From positions 1 through 64,000 of IMG/VR virus record IMGVR_UViG_3300021364_000008: DNA of 64,000 nt, one strand, 5' to 3'. The position numbers and the translations under genes are program-made. Below the pieces are notes generated by a model. The model searched no databases. It saw nothing but the letters and a program-made list of their open reading frames with translations, and was not told the origin of the DNA. Numbering within the stretch: the first letter of the stretch is position 1; every line of letters starts with the position of its first letter. Below, one piece after another: positions 19,086 through 27,889 of the stretch. The DNA comes from a virus.

Positions 19086-19541
19086 ATGTCTCCTTTCAAA
19101 AAAAATATCAAATTAGATACAGATCAAGAATCAGTCAGAGTTGCTATTCTTGAGCAAAAACTTACAGATTTTGTTGATGTCGTAGGAAAACTTGATGCTG
19201 CTATTGAAAAGTTAAGTGAAGTTAATGGTAATATTTCAAAAATGCTTGCAGTTCACGATGAAAAATTGACACAATCTGCAAAAGATGATTATCTAATTAT
19301 GAAATCAATTGAAGAAATTAAAGAGCAAAATAATGCTGATCACAATAAAGTTTTAGATAGAATTGAAAAAATAGAATATAAAATTCAAGATTTTGGTAAA
19401 TTTAGATGGATGACTATTGGAATTGGAGTTGCCATAATGGTTGGGATTAGTGGATTGACAACTTTGGCATCTGGAATAATTAGAATGGAAAATAAAAATT
19501 CATCTCAAAGTAGTTATGTCAAACAAATCAGTCAGATATAG
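19086..19541 (+). CDS. Coiled-coil protein with C-terminal transmembrane helix
   Basis: ISKMLAVHDEKL; hydrophobic segment after FRW; start uncertain. Confidence 0.65.
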   Translation: MSPFKKNIKLDTDQESVRVAILEQKLTDFVDVVGKLDAAIEKLSEVNGNISKMLAVHDEKLTQSAKDDYLIMKSIEEIKEQNNADHNKVLDRIEKIEYKIQDFGKFRWMTIGIGVAIMVGISGLTTLASGIIRMENKNSSQSSYVKQISQI

Positions 19542-19675
19542 TTTGATATCATATTGTCTTCACAAAATCTCAAACTCTGTGGCTAAGTGGACAAGTTTAA
19601 TCTCAGATATATGTAAGCAGATACTTGACTGATATCATAATAGTTGCTATACTTTTCTGAGGGCATTTTCTCCAA

Positions 19676-20644
19676 ATGGATTTTATTGACATAAAATATA
19701 TTAATATCATTTCAACAAGACTTTCTAAGTTTAAAAAAGTTAAAGCCAATTTATACAATTTTAGATGTCCAATTTGTGGAGATTCTAGGAAAAATAAAAA
19801 CAAAGCGAGGGGATACTTATATGAAGTAAAAAACAATACAAATTATAAGTGTCATAATTGTGGAATAAATATTTCATTCTCAAATTTCTTAAAGGAAATT
19901 GATAATACTATTCATAAAGAATATTCTTTTGATAAATTTAAAGAAGGCAAAACTGGTAAAAATTTTGTAGTAGAAGAACCCAAGTTTAATTTTGAAAGTC
20001 CAAAGTTTAAAACTCGAATAAATTTACCTAAGGCATCTGAAAATGAAGATGCAAGGAAGTATTTGGAAAATAGAAAATTAGATCCTGATAAATTTTATTA
20101 TGCCGAAAAATTTAAATATTGGACAAATACTCTTAAGAAAACATTTGATAATATTGATTATGATGAACCTAGAATAATAATTCCACTATTTTATGAGAAA
20201 AAATTGATTGGATTTCAAGGTAGAGCACTAGGTAACAGTAAGATTAAATATATAACTATAATGTTAGATGAAAATGCGCCAAAAATTTATGGACTTGATA
20301 CTATTGATGAGAAAAAACCAATCTATGTGGTCGAAGGACCCTTTGACAGCACTTTTGTCAGCAATTGTGTGGCATTGTGTGGCAGTGACGGTGATGTGGG
20401 TTGTCTTAAGGGAAGCGATATTATTTTTGTGTATGATAATGAACCCCGTAATAAAGAAATTGTTGATAGAATTGACAGAATTATTGAAAGAGGATATAAA
20501 TCAGTCATCTGGCCGAGTAACATAAAGGAGAAGGACATAAACGATATGGTATTGGCTGGACTGGATGTTCAGTCTGTGATAGAATTAAATACTTATTCTG
20601 GATTACAAGCAAAAATAAAGTTTACTACTTGGAAAAAAATATGA
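19676..20644 (+). CDS. 61: DNA primase (gp61)
   Basis: CPICGDS..CHNCG Zn finger; VVEGPFDS, YDNEPRN, KDINDM TOPRIM motifs. Confidence 0.95.
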   Translation: MDFIDIKYINIISTRLSKFKKVKANLYNFRCPICGDSRKNKNKARGYLYEVKNNTNYKCHNCGINISFSNFLKEIDNTIHKEYSFDKFKEGKTGKNFVVEEPKFNFESPKFKTRINLPKASENEDARKYLENRKLDPDKFYYAEKFKYWTNTLKKTFDNIDYDEPRIIIPLFYEKKLIGFQGRALGNSKIKYITIMLDENAPKIYGLDTIDEKKPIYVVEGPFDSTFVSNCVALCGSDGDVGCLKGSDIIFVYDNEPRNKEIVDRIDRIIERGYKSVIWPSNIKEKDINDMVLAGLDVQSVIELNTYSGLQAKIKFTTWKKI

Positions 20645-22095
20645 GCAACCAATCAAATGTAATTAAGAGAAATGGTGAAGTGGAAATCCTTAACCTAGAC
20701 AAGATGCATGTTATGGTGGAGGAAGCTTGTAGGGGAATTTCTGGAGTTTCTGCAAGTCAAGTTGAAATGAAGTCTGGAATACAATTTTACGATGGAATTA
20801 CTACTAAGGAAATTCAAGAAATTCTTATTCGTAGTGCTAGTGATTTGATCGATCTGGATCATCCAAATTATCAATATGTTGCTGCAAGACTACTTTTATT
20901 TTCTATTCGTAAGCAACTTTATGCCAGACAGTTTGAATTGCCCCATCTTGAAGATCACATTATAAATTGTGTAAATGCTGAAGTTTACGATAATGAAATC
21001 TTTACAAAATATTCTAAAGAAGAAATTGATAAGGTAAATAGTTTCATTGATCATGATAGAGATCTTCTTTTTACTTATGCAGGTCTTCGTCAAGTAGTTG
21101 ATAAGTATTTGGTTCAAGATAGAAGTTCTGGTGGAGTATATGAAACTCCGCAGTTTATGTACATTATGATTGCTTTGACTATTTTTGCGGAATATCCAAA
21201 ACAAACTCGTTTACTTTATGTAAAAAGGTATTATGACGCAATCAGCAAACACAAGATCAACATTCCAACACCAATTATGGCAGGTGTTAGAACCCCACTT
21301 CGCCAATTTGCAAGTTGTGTTCTTGTTGATGTCGATGATACCATGCGTAGTATCGAGTCAAGTGATGCTGCTATTTTTAGGTACGTTGCTCAAAGAGCTG
21401 GAATTGGTATCAACGCAGGTCGAATCAGGGGTATCAACAGCAAAATCAGAGGGGGAGAAGTTATTCATACAGGTGTTGTCCCATTCCTCAAAAAGTTTGA
21501 AGCAACTGTTAGAAGTTGTACACAGAACGGGATTCGCGGTGGAAGTGCTACGGTCCACTTTCCAATCTGGCACCAAGAAATAGAAGACATCATTGTCTTA
21601 AAAAATAATAAAGGAACTGAGGATAATCGTGTTCGTAAGTTAGACTACAGCATTCAGATTAGTAAACTGTTCTATGAACGTTTCATTCAAGACAAAGAAA
21701 TTTCTCTCTTCAGTCCGCATGACGTTCCTGGTTTGTATGATGCTTTTGGCACTGATAGATTTGACGATCTATATTGCCATTACGAACGAGCTCAAGATGT
21801 TCCAAGAAAGACTGTCCGTGCTCAAGAACTCATTCTGGATCTTCTAAAAGAACGTGCTGAGACTGGTCGTATTTACATTATGAATATTGACCATTGTAAT
21901 TCTCATAGTTCTTTTAAGGATCAAATTACAATGTCAAACCTCTGCCAAGAAATTTGTCTGCCGACTGTACCAATTCAGCATATTGATCAAAAACCAAATA
22001 CGATGAAAATGAAAGTAAAAGTTAAAAAAGATAAAGTTAATGATTATAAAAAATATATTCAAAATACCGGAGGAGTTCTATATGACCATGAATAA
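20641..22095 (+). CDS. nrdA: Class Ia ribonucleotide reductase alpha, N-terminal part (NrdA-a)
   Basis: ATP cone VIKRNG, QFASCVL, SNLCQEI; ends in a Lys-rich non-RNR tail. Confidence 0.92.
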   Translation: MSNQSNVIKRNGEVEILNLDKMHVMVEEACRGISGVSASQVEMKSGIQFYDGITTKEIQEILIRSASDLIDLDHPNYQYVAARLLLFSIRKQLYARQFELPHLEDHIINCVNAEVYDNEIFTKYSKEEIDKVNSFIDHDRDLLFTYAGLRQVVDKYLVQDRSSGGVYETPQFMYIMIALTIFAEYPKQTRLLYVKRYYDAISKHKINIPTPIMAGVRTPLRQFASCVLVDVDDTMRSIESSDAAIFRYVAQRAGIGINAGRIRGINSKIRGGEVIHTGVVPFLKKFEATVRSCTQNGIRGGSATVHFPIWHQEIEDIIVLKNNKGTEDNRVRKLDYSIQISKLFYERFIQDKEISLFSPHDVPGLYDAFGTDRFDDLYCHYERAQDVPRKTVRAQELILDLLKERAETGRIYIMNIDHCNSHSSFKDQITMSNLCQEICLPTVPIQHIDQKPNTMKMKVKVKKDKVNDYKKYIQNTGGVLYDHE

Positions 22096-22243
22096 TTAAT
22101 ACCAGAAAAGTTTTGGGTCTAAAAATGGTTGGAGTAAAAAGGTTAAAATTGGAGAAGTTGTGTATGATTGTATGAGAGAAGCATCAGAAAAAACCGGTTT
22201 AAGTTTACATTTAATTAGAAAAAAAGGAGATTTCAATGTCTAA
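22082..22243 (+). pseudogene. Remnant of a homing endonuclease between the nrdA halves
   Basis: One frame reads MTMNN-stop-YQKSFGSKNGWSKKVKIGEVVYDCMREASEKTGLSLHLIRKKGDFNV-stop; NUMOD1/HTH-like HEG tail with no nuclease core. Confidence 0.65.
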
Positions 22244-23276
22244 TAAATTGTACGAATTTGTATTTGAAAATGAAATAGAAGATAATGAAAATTATGAATA
22301 TTTTTATGAAGATGTAGTAGTTGATGATAATCCAGCATCAATTCAGCTATGCATTCTTTCGGCAATTAATGTCGGAAAAGTAAAATCTGATGAAGAACTT
22401 GAAGAACTTTGCGATCTTTCGGTTCGTGGATTGGATGAATTGATTGATTATCAGAAATATCCTGTAAAGGCAGCTGAAATAGCTACAAAGGCACGTAGAT
22501 CCCTTGGAATAGGTTTTATTGGGTTGGCACACTATTTGGCAAAACTTGGGTTTAATTATGCAGATCAAGAAGCATGGGACGCTGTTCATGGTCTTTCAGA
22601 ATCTTTTCAGTACTATCTTTTGAAAGCATCAAATCAACTTGCTAAAGAAAAGGGATATTGTGAGTACTTTGGACGTACTAAGTATGCTGATGGTATTTTG
22701 CCAATTGATACTTATAAGAAAGATGTGGATGAGATTTCTTCAATTCCTCTTCAGCATAACTGGGAAGAACTTAGGAAGAATATTTTGGAGTATGGGTTGC
22801 GCCATAGTACATTGACTGCTCAAATGCCCTCAGAGTCATCTTCAGTGGTCTCTAATGCAACCAATGGAATAGAACCTCCTCGTGGATTCCTGTCCATTAA
22901 GAAGTCTAAGAAAGGGCCTCTTAAGCAGATTGTTCCCCAATATTCTACCTTAAAAAATAATTACACACTTTTGTGGGACATGAAATCTAATGAGGGATAC
23001 ATTAATATAGTTGCAGTAATGCAAAAGTTTTTCGATCAAGCAATCAGTGGCAATACCAGTTACAATCCAGAGAACTATCCAAATAATGAGGTCCCTGTAA
23101 GTGTCTTGGCACAAGATCTGCTTACTTGTTTTCGTACTGGATGGAAAACACTTTATTATCAAAATACTTATGATATTAAAACTGATGATTTTTCGGATAA
23201 GTCTTCAGAAATTGAAAGACTTATAAATGATATTATGGAGTCTGATGAAAATGATTGCGAATCATGTAAAGTTTAG
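22236..23276 (+). CDS. nrdA: Class Ia ribonucleotide reductase alpha, C-terminal part (NrdA-b)
   Basis: AAGGAGA SD; acidic leader then LCILSAIN, MPSESSS, NGIEP, KTLYY, C-terminal CESC. Confidence 0.92.
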   Translation: MSNKLYEFVFENEIEDNENYEYFYEDVVVDDNPASIQLCILSAINVGKVKSDEELEELCDLSVRGLDELIDYQKYPVKAAEIATKARRSLGIGFIGLAHYLAKLGFNYADQEAWDAVHGLSESFQYYLLKASNQLAKEKGYCEYFGRTKYADGILPIDTYKKDVDEISSIPLQHNWEELRKNILEYGLRHSTLTAQMPSESSSVVSNATNGIEPPRGFLSIKKSKKGPLKQIVPQYSTLKNNYTLLWDMKSNEGYINIVAVMQKFFDQAISGNTSYNPENYPNNEVPVSVLAQDLLTCFRTGWKTLYYQNTYDIKTDDFSDKSSEIERLINDIMESDENDCESCKV

Positions 23277-23345
23277 ATCTTACAAAGTATTAAAGAATTA
23301 AATATATTATATGAAGGTGAGGATAGATTTGTATAGAGGAATTAA

Positions 23346-24527
23346 ATGAAGTACAATTTTACATCAAAAGAAGAGCAAAAAAATTCAATTAAAGGTATGA
23401 CTGTTTTCAACACGGATCAAGTCGATACTAAAAAGCAGCCAATGTTCTTCGGTAAACCTTTGGGGATTCAAAGGTATGATTCATATAAGTATCCAATTTT
23501 TGAAAAACTTACAGTTCAACAATTGGGATATTTTTGGAGACCAGAAGAGGTTTCACTTCAAAAGGATCGTGGAGACTATCAGACACTTAGACCAGAGCAA
23601 AAACACATTTATACTTCAAATTTGAAGTATCAAATTATGCTTGATTCGGTTCAAGGTCGTGGTCCTGGACTTGCATTTCTTCCATATTGTTCAATACCTG
23701 AGTTGGAAGCTTGTATGACTGTATGGGAATTTATGGAAATGATTCACAGTCGTTCATACACATATATTATAAAAAACATATACTCAAATCCGAGTGAAGT
23801 TTTTGATACTATAATTGATGACGAATATATTTTAGAACGTGCAAAAAGTGTTACAGATTCTTATAATCAATTTATAGATTCTGCTCATCAGTATGACTCT
23901 TCTAATACTTGGATTCATAATCTCGAAGAAGTTACTTACGCACAGGAGTCATTGTATGAAACTAAACGAAAATTATACAGAGCAATTGCAAATGTTAACA
24001 TTCTTGAAGGTATTCGCTTCTACGTTAGTTTTGCTTGTTCTTTCGCCTTTGGTGAACTCAAGATCATGGAAGGATCAGCTAAAATTATCTCTCTTATTGC
24101 AAGAGACGAAAACCAACACTTAGCAATTACTCAAAATATTTTGAATAAGTGGAAGCAAGGTGATGATCCTGATATGAAAAAAATTGCTAAAGAAGAAGAA
24201 GAGTGGACTTATAAAATGTTTGATCGTGCTGTAAATGAAGAAAAAAGATGGGCAGATTATCTGTTCAAAGATGGCAGTATGATTGGACTAAATGATAAAC
24301 TTCTTCAGCAATATGTTGAGTGGATTGCAAATAGAAGATTAAAAGCAATTGGTTTAAAACCAGTTTACGATATTCCTGCAAGGAATAATCCACTTCCTTG
24401 GACTTCACATTGGATTAATTCTAAATCAGTTCAAATCGCACCTCAGGAAACGCAGATAACCAGTTATTTGGTCGGAGGAATTAAACAAGATGTTTCTGCG
24501 AATACATTTTCTGATTTCAAACTTTGA
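23346..24527 (+). CDS. nrdB: Class Ia ribonucleotide reductase beta
   Basis: FWRPEEVSL, EMIHSRSY, LEGIRFYVSF, RDENQH, APQE. Confidence 0.96.
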   Translation: MKYNFTSKEEQKNSIKGMTVFNTDQVDTKKQPMFFGKPLGIQRYDSYKYPIFEKLTVQQLGYFWRPEEVSLQKDRGDYQTLRPEQKHIYTSNLKYQIMLDSVQGRGPGLAFLPYCSIPELEACMTVWEFMEMIHSRSYTYIIKNIYSNPSEVFDTIIDDEYILERAKSVTDSYNQFIDSAHQYDSSNTWIHNLEEVTYAQESLYETKRKLYRAIANVNILEGIRFYVSFACSFAFGELKIMEGSAKIISLIARDENQHLAITQNILNKWKQGDDPDMKKIAKEEEEWTYKMFDRAVNEEKRWADYLFKDGSMIGLNDKLLQQYVEWIANRRLKAIGLKPVYDIPARNNPLPWTSHWINSKSVQIAPQETQITSYLVGGIKQDVSANTFSDFKL

Positions 24528-24534
24528 CAAATAC

Positions 24535-24584
24535 AACAAACTGAAATATATTATTATATAAATAGTTGTGGAGTTCAGTTTGTT
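24535..24584 (+). promoter_or_regulatory. 11-bp hairpin with TATAAATA in the loop before HEG start
   Basis: AACAAACTGAA / TTCAGTTTGTT; TATAAATA 24557-24564; ATG 24588. Confidence 0.75.
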
Positions 24585-24587
24585 AAA

Positions 24588-25322
24588 ATGTATTATGTTT
24601 ACGAATTAATAGACCCGAGAGTTAATCTTCCTTTTTATGTTGGAAAGGGGAAAGACAAACGGGTCTATTTTCATTTGTCTGAAAAATCAAGGGCAAAAAG
24701 TGAAAACAAGAGGAAATATAATAAGATACAAAAAATGAGAGAAAATGGATGTGAACCTGAAATAAAAATAGTAAAATATTTTGAAAATGAGAATGATGCT
24801 TATGATTACGAGGAACTATTAATAGAAAAATATGGAAGAATAAGATATGATGAAAATGGAATATTAACAAATATTTGTGAAAGTTCCAGACCACCTAAGC
24901 ATAAAGGAAAAACATATCAAGAAATATATGGAGATAAGTGGGAAGAACAAATTCAAAAAAGAATGAAAACAAAAGAAAAGAGAGGAAACTATGGTGGAGT
25001 GAGAAAACATACAGAAGAAACTAAGAGAAAAATAAGTGAAAAAGTAGCAGGAAAAAATAATCCAAGTTATGGTGTTCCTTGTAGTGAAGAACGAAAAAGA
25101 AAAATAAGTGAAAGAGCAAAAGAAAGATTTGCTGGAGGTTTTAAATCGCCATCATCAGTAACTTATCTTCTAACAAGTCCTTCTGGGGAAAAATTTGAGG
25201 TGTTTGGAGAACTTAAAAAGTTTTGTAAATCTCAAAACATTTCTTATGCTACTATGCACGCAGCAATACTTTATGAAAGAAAGGGGCCAAGAAGAAATGG
25301 ATGGAGTATTGAGAAAGTTTAG
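24588..25322 (+). mobile_element. GIY-YIG family homing endonuclease with NUMOD3-like repeats
   Basis: YYVY..FYVGKG..R..H, LTN; HTEETKRKISE, GKNNPSYG. Confidence 0.85.
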
Positions 25323-25710
25323 AGTGTCACTACCAGATGATGAGTGTGTAATCAAACTCCAAGAGTATTGTAAGTTTTCTTCTACACTTTTAAAAATACC
25401 AGTCATATCAAAACCTTTGTGTGTTGATGCAAACTGCCACAATAATGTAAATCATTATGTGGAAACTTATGGTGGAGAAAAAATAAGTGGTTATTATTTG
25501 ATTACAGATACTGAAGATGTGAACTATGGATGTGCGATATATCATAGTATTTGGAAAAATACTTATGGAGATTTGGTGGATATAACACCATTTGGAGATG
25601 GTAGAGAATATAACATGTTTTCTGTATCAAATACTGAAGAGTATTTCTCTGGTGTTGCTTATGATGGTAGTGATTATAAAATATTAGAACCAGGACTTAA
25701 TGTTGTTTAA
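25297..25710 (+). CDS. Hypothetical passenger protein in the HEG cassette
   Basis: NCHNNV..GYYL..HSIW..LVDITP (Cys/His/Asp arrangement); overlaps HEG 3' end. Confidence 0.65.
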   Translation: MDGVLRKFRVSLPDDECVIKLQEYCKFSSTLLKIPVISKPLCVDANCHNNVNHYVETYGGEKISGYYLITDTEDVNYGCAIYHSIWKNTYGDLVDITPFGDGREYNMFSVSNTEEYFSGVAYDGSDYKILEPGLNVV

Positions 25711-25712
25711 GT

Positions 25713-25748
25713 GTCAGCAAAGACACATTTAGTGGATTTAAACTCTGA
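25713..25748 (+). pseudogene. Stranded duplicate of the nrdB 3' end
   Basis: Reads VSKDTFSGFKL-stop versus expressed VSANTFSDFKL-stop; both followed by CAAA. Confidence 0.8.
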
Positions 25749-25799
25749 CAAAGTAGCAAAAATATGCTTAAATAGGAGGTAGCAACACCTCCTATTTTT

Positions 25800-25955
25800 A
25801 TGCCTAGAAATAGAATAGACAAGCACGAACTCACTGCAAGAATTCATAAACTTAAGCATCAATTGTATGAGGAACCATATTTAAATACTCATAAAGAACT
25901 GGCACATAAATATTTGAACGCAGTTCTTGGTATCATTGAAGAATATAGATATTGA
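25800..25955 (+). CDS. Small conserved cyanophage protein (51 aa; not in ORF track)
   Basis: MPRN..KELAHKYLNAVLGIIEEYRY. Confidence 0.65.
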   Translation: MPRNRIDKHELTARIHKLKHQLYEEPYLNTHKELAHKYLNAVLGIIEEYRY

Positions 25956-26376
25956 CTATGAAAATCCTTGGATCTATAATGGGAAACCCTTTACTAGTGC
26001 TGATATTGGGGAGTACTTTGGTTTTGTTTATCTCATTACCAACAAGACCAACGGTAGAAAATATATCGGGAGAAAGTACCTATGGCAGTTTAGAACTCCA
26101 AAGGGAAAGAAACGCAAAGTAAAATCAGAATCTGACTGGAAGAAATACTATGGATCTTGTCCAGAACTTAAGGAAGATATTGATCGAATCGGGAAAGATA
26201 ATTTTTCACGGACTATACTCTCATTACATAAAACCAAAGGGAAAACCAACTACGAAGAAACAAGACAACTCTTCACCAACGGAGTTTTGACTGAAGCATT
26301 AGAGGACGGAACACCTGCTTTTTATAATTCGAATATACTTTCGAGATATTTTAGAAAAGATTACTTTGATAAATAA
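25927..26376 (+). CDS. Conserved GIY-YIG family nuclease
   Basis: GFVY..YIGRK..ESDWKKYYGS..FYNSNI; start uncertain. Confidence 0.8.
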   Translation: MVSLKNIDIDYENPWIYNGKPFTSADIGEYFGFVYLITNKTNGRKYIGRKYLWQFRTPKGKKRKVKSESDWKKYYGSCPELKEDIDRIGKDNFSRTILSLHKTKGKTNYEETRQLFTNGVLTEALEDGTPAFYNSNILSRYFRKDYFDK

Positions 26377-26405
26377 TTAAGTATAATTCTAATATCTTAA
26401 TTACT

Positions 26406-26984
26406 ATGATACACAGACATCATATTATTCCAAGACATATGGGTGGTGATGATAGTGAGGGAAATATTGTGGAATTGCCTTATTGGGCACATATAGAAGT
26501 TCATAAAAGATTGTGGGAAGTGTGTGGAAGGTTGGAAGATAAACTTGCATATTGTATGCTTTCGGGAAAAACAGAAGAGGCTGAAAAAGTAAGAATAGAA
26601 CTTGCCAAAACAAAATATCAAAAATGGTTAAAAGAAAAACCAGAAGAAGTTGAAAGGTGGAAGAAAAATATTAGCAAATCCAAAAAAGGAGTAAAATGTC
26701 TTCCTGATGAACACTATAAAAAACTTGGTAATGATTTAAAAGGTATTCCAAGAAGTCAAGAAGTTAGAGATAAAATTAGTAAAGCAAAGAAAGGAAAATC
26801 TGTTGCCCAACCAAATCAAATGAAAACTTATGAAATTATAAAACCTAATGGTGAAGTTTTGATTGTTAAAGGATTGAATGAGTTTTGTAAAAATGAAGGA
26901 ATTGATGCTTCAAATATGTGTAATGTTGCTAAAGGAAAGTTTAAGCAACATAAAGGATACAAGTGTAGATTAATAAATACCTAA
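26406..26984 (+). mobile_element. HNH homing endonuclease
   Basis: HRHHIIPRHMGG..NIVEL..HIEVH; NUMOD-like tail ending HKGY; ATAAATA upstream. Confidence 0.85.
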
Positions 26985-26998
26985 AAAGTGTAATATAA

Positions 26999-27454
26999 AT
27001 GAAAACATTCCAAGAATTTATTGCAGAGGTAAAAAGATTAAGATATGTAAAAATGTATCACGGAACTTCTGCATCTTCTGCGGATAAAATTAAAAAATCT
27101 GGGTTCAATACTCCAGAAGTTTATACTTCAACATCAAAAGAAACTGCAAAATCTTTTGGACAAAGAAAGGGTGAGGATACTAAAGTAATATCTTTTAGGG
27201 TTCCTAAAAAAGACATTAAAGATAAATCTCCAGGAAAAGTTGTAAAAACAGATGGGCAAAGGGGAACAGATAGATGGGGAAGGAAACATTATTCCTCTAC
27301 TATGGATAGTGATTATGCAAAAAAACACATATCAAAAGAAAAGCAAGGTGTAATTGATGCACCAAAAATTCCTAAAAAATATCAAAGTTTATTACCGGCA
27401 AATAGTAGATTTAAGAGAAGAACAGAAACACAACCAAAGAAAAAAGAAATTTAA
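26999..27454 (+). CDS. ADP-ribosyltransferase-like protein with capsid-targeting N-terminus
   Basis: MKTFQEFIAE; MYHGTS..I.KSGF..VYTS; ATAAATA at 26973. Confidence 0.65.
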   Translation: MKTFQEFIAEVKRLRYVKMYHGTSASSADKIKKSGFNTPEVYTSTSKETAKSFGQRKGEDTKVISFRVPKKDIKDKSPGKVVKTDGQRGTDRWGRKHYSSTMDSDYAKKHISKEKQGVIDAPKIPKKYQSLLPANSRFKRRTETQPKKKEI

Positions 27455-27463
27455 TTTTTTTTT

Positions 27464-27763
27464 ATGAAACCTTTAAAATGGATTAAAAATCTTTTGGAGC
27501 ACTTGACGGAAGAAACAAGTGCTCCTATAGTGGAGGAACCTACTTCAGGAAAGATTATTATGGAAAAGACGACTGAAGATATCGTCGCACATGTTCGTGA
27601 ATGGGCAATTGATAGAGTTGGTGATCTTCACGAAGAAGTTTATAAAAATCAAAAAGATGTTGGAAATCTTGATGATGCATGTGCAATTTACCAAGAATTT
27701 GTGGAATGGATTGAACCAGAGACAAAAGAACTTGATATCCTTTCTCTAGAACAAGAAACTTGA
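27464..27763 (+). CDS. Hypothetical protein
   Basis: TEDIVAHVREW..AIYQEFVEWIEP; true start may be the internal Met. Confidence 0.65.
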   Translation: MKPLKWIKNLLEHLTEETSAPIVEEPTSGKIIMEKTTEDIVAHVREWAIDRVGDLHEEVYKNQKDVGNLDDACAIYQEFVEWIEPETKELDILSLEQET

Positions 27764-27788
27764 CAGAGTATAAATACTCACTTATAAT
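27760..27788 (+). promoter_or_regulatory. Consensus sigma70 promoter with a late promoter nested in the spacer
   Basis: TTGACA(27760)-17-TATAAT(27783); TATAAATA 27769-27776 inside GAGTA/TACTC palindrome. Confidence 0.8.
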
Positions 27789-27813
27789 ATGAAATCCCAC
27801 ATTGGGAAATGAT

Positions 27814-27880
27814 TTAGAGCCGTGGAAGGTGCCCCTTGAGAAAGGGTTGGACCCCCCTTCTAAACGGATGTAGAGTTCAA
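27814..27880 (+). ncRNA. GC-rich structured leader upstream of rlpA-like gene
   Basis: CCGT-GGAAGG...CCTTCT-AA-ACGG outer stem; CCCTT-GAGA-AAGGG inner hairpin. Confidence 0.5.
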
Positions 27881-27889
27881 TTTAATTCA

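Noticed and set aside
22096-22235. Stop-codon readthrough, recoding or ribosomal bypass joining the nrdA halves
   Set aside because: The halves are in different frames, NrdA-b has a strong SD, and other genes terminate normally with no suppressor tRNA.
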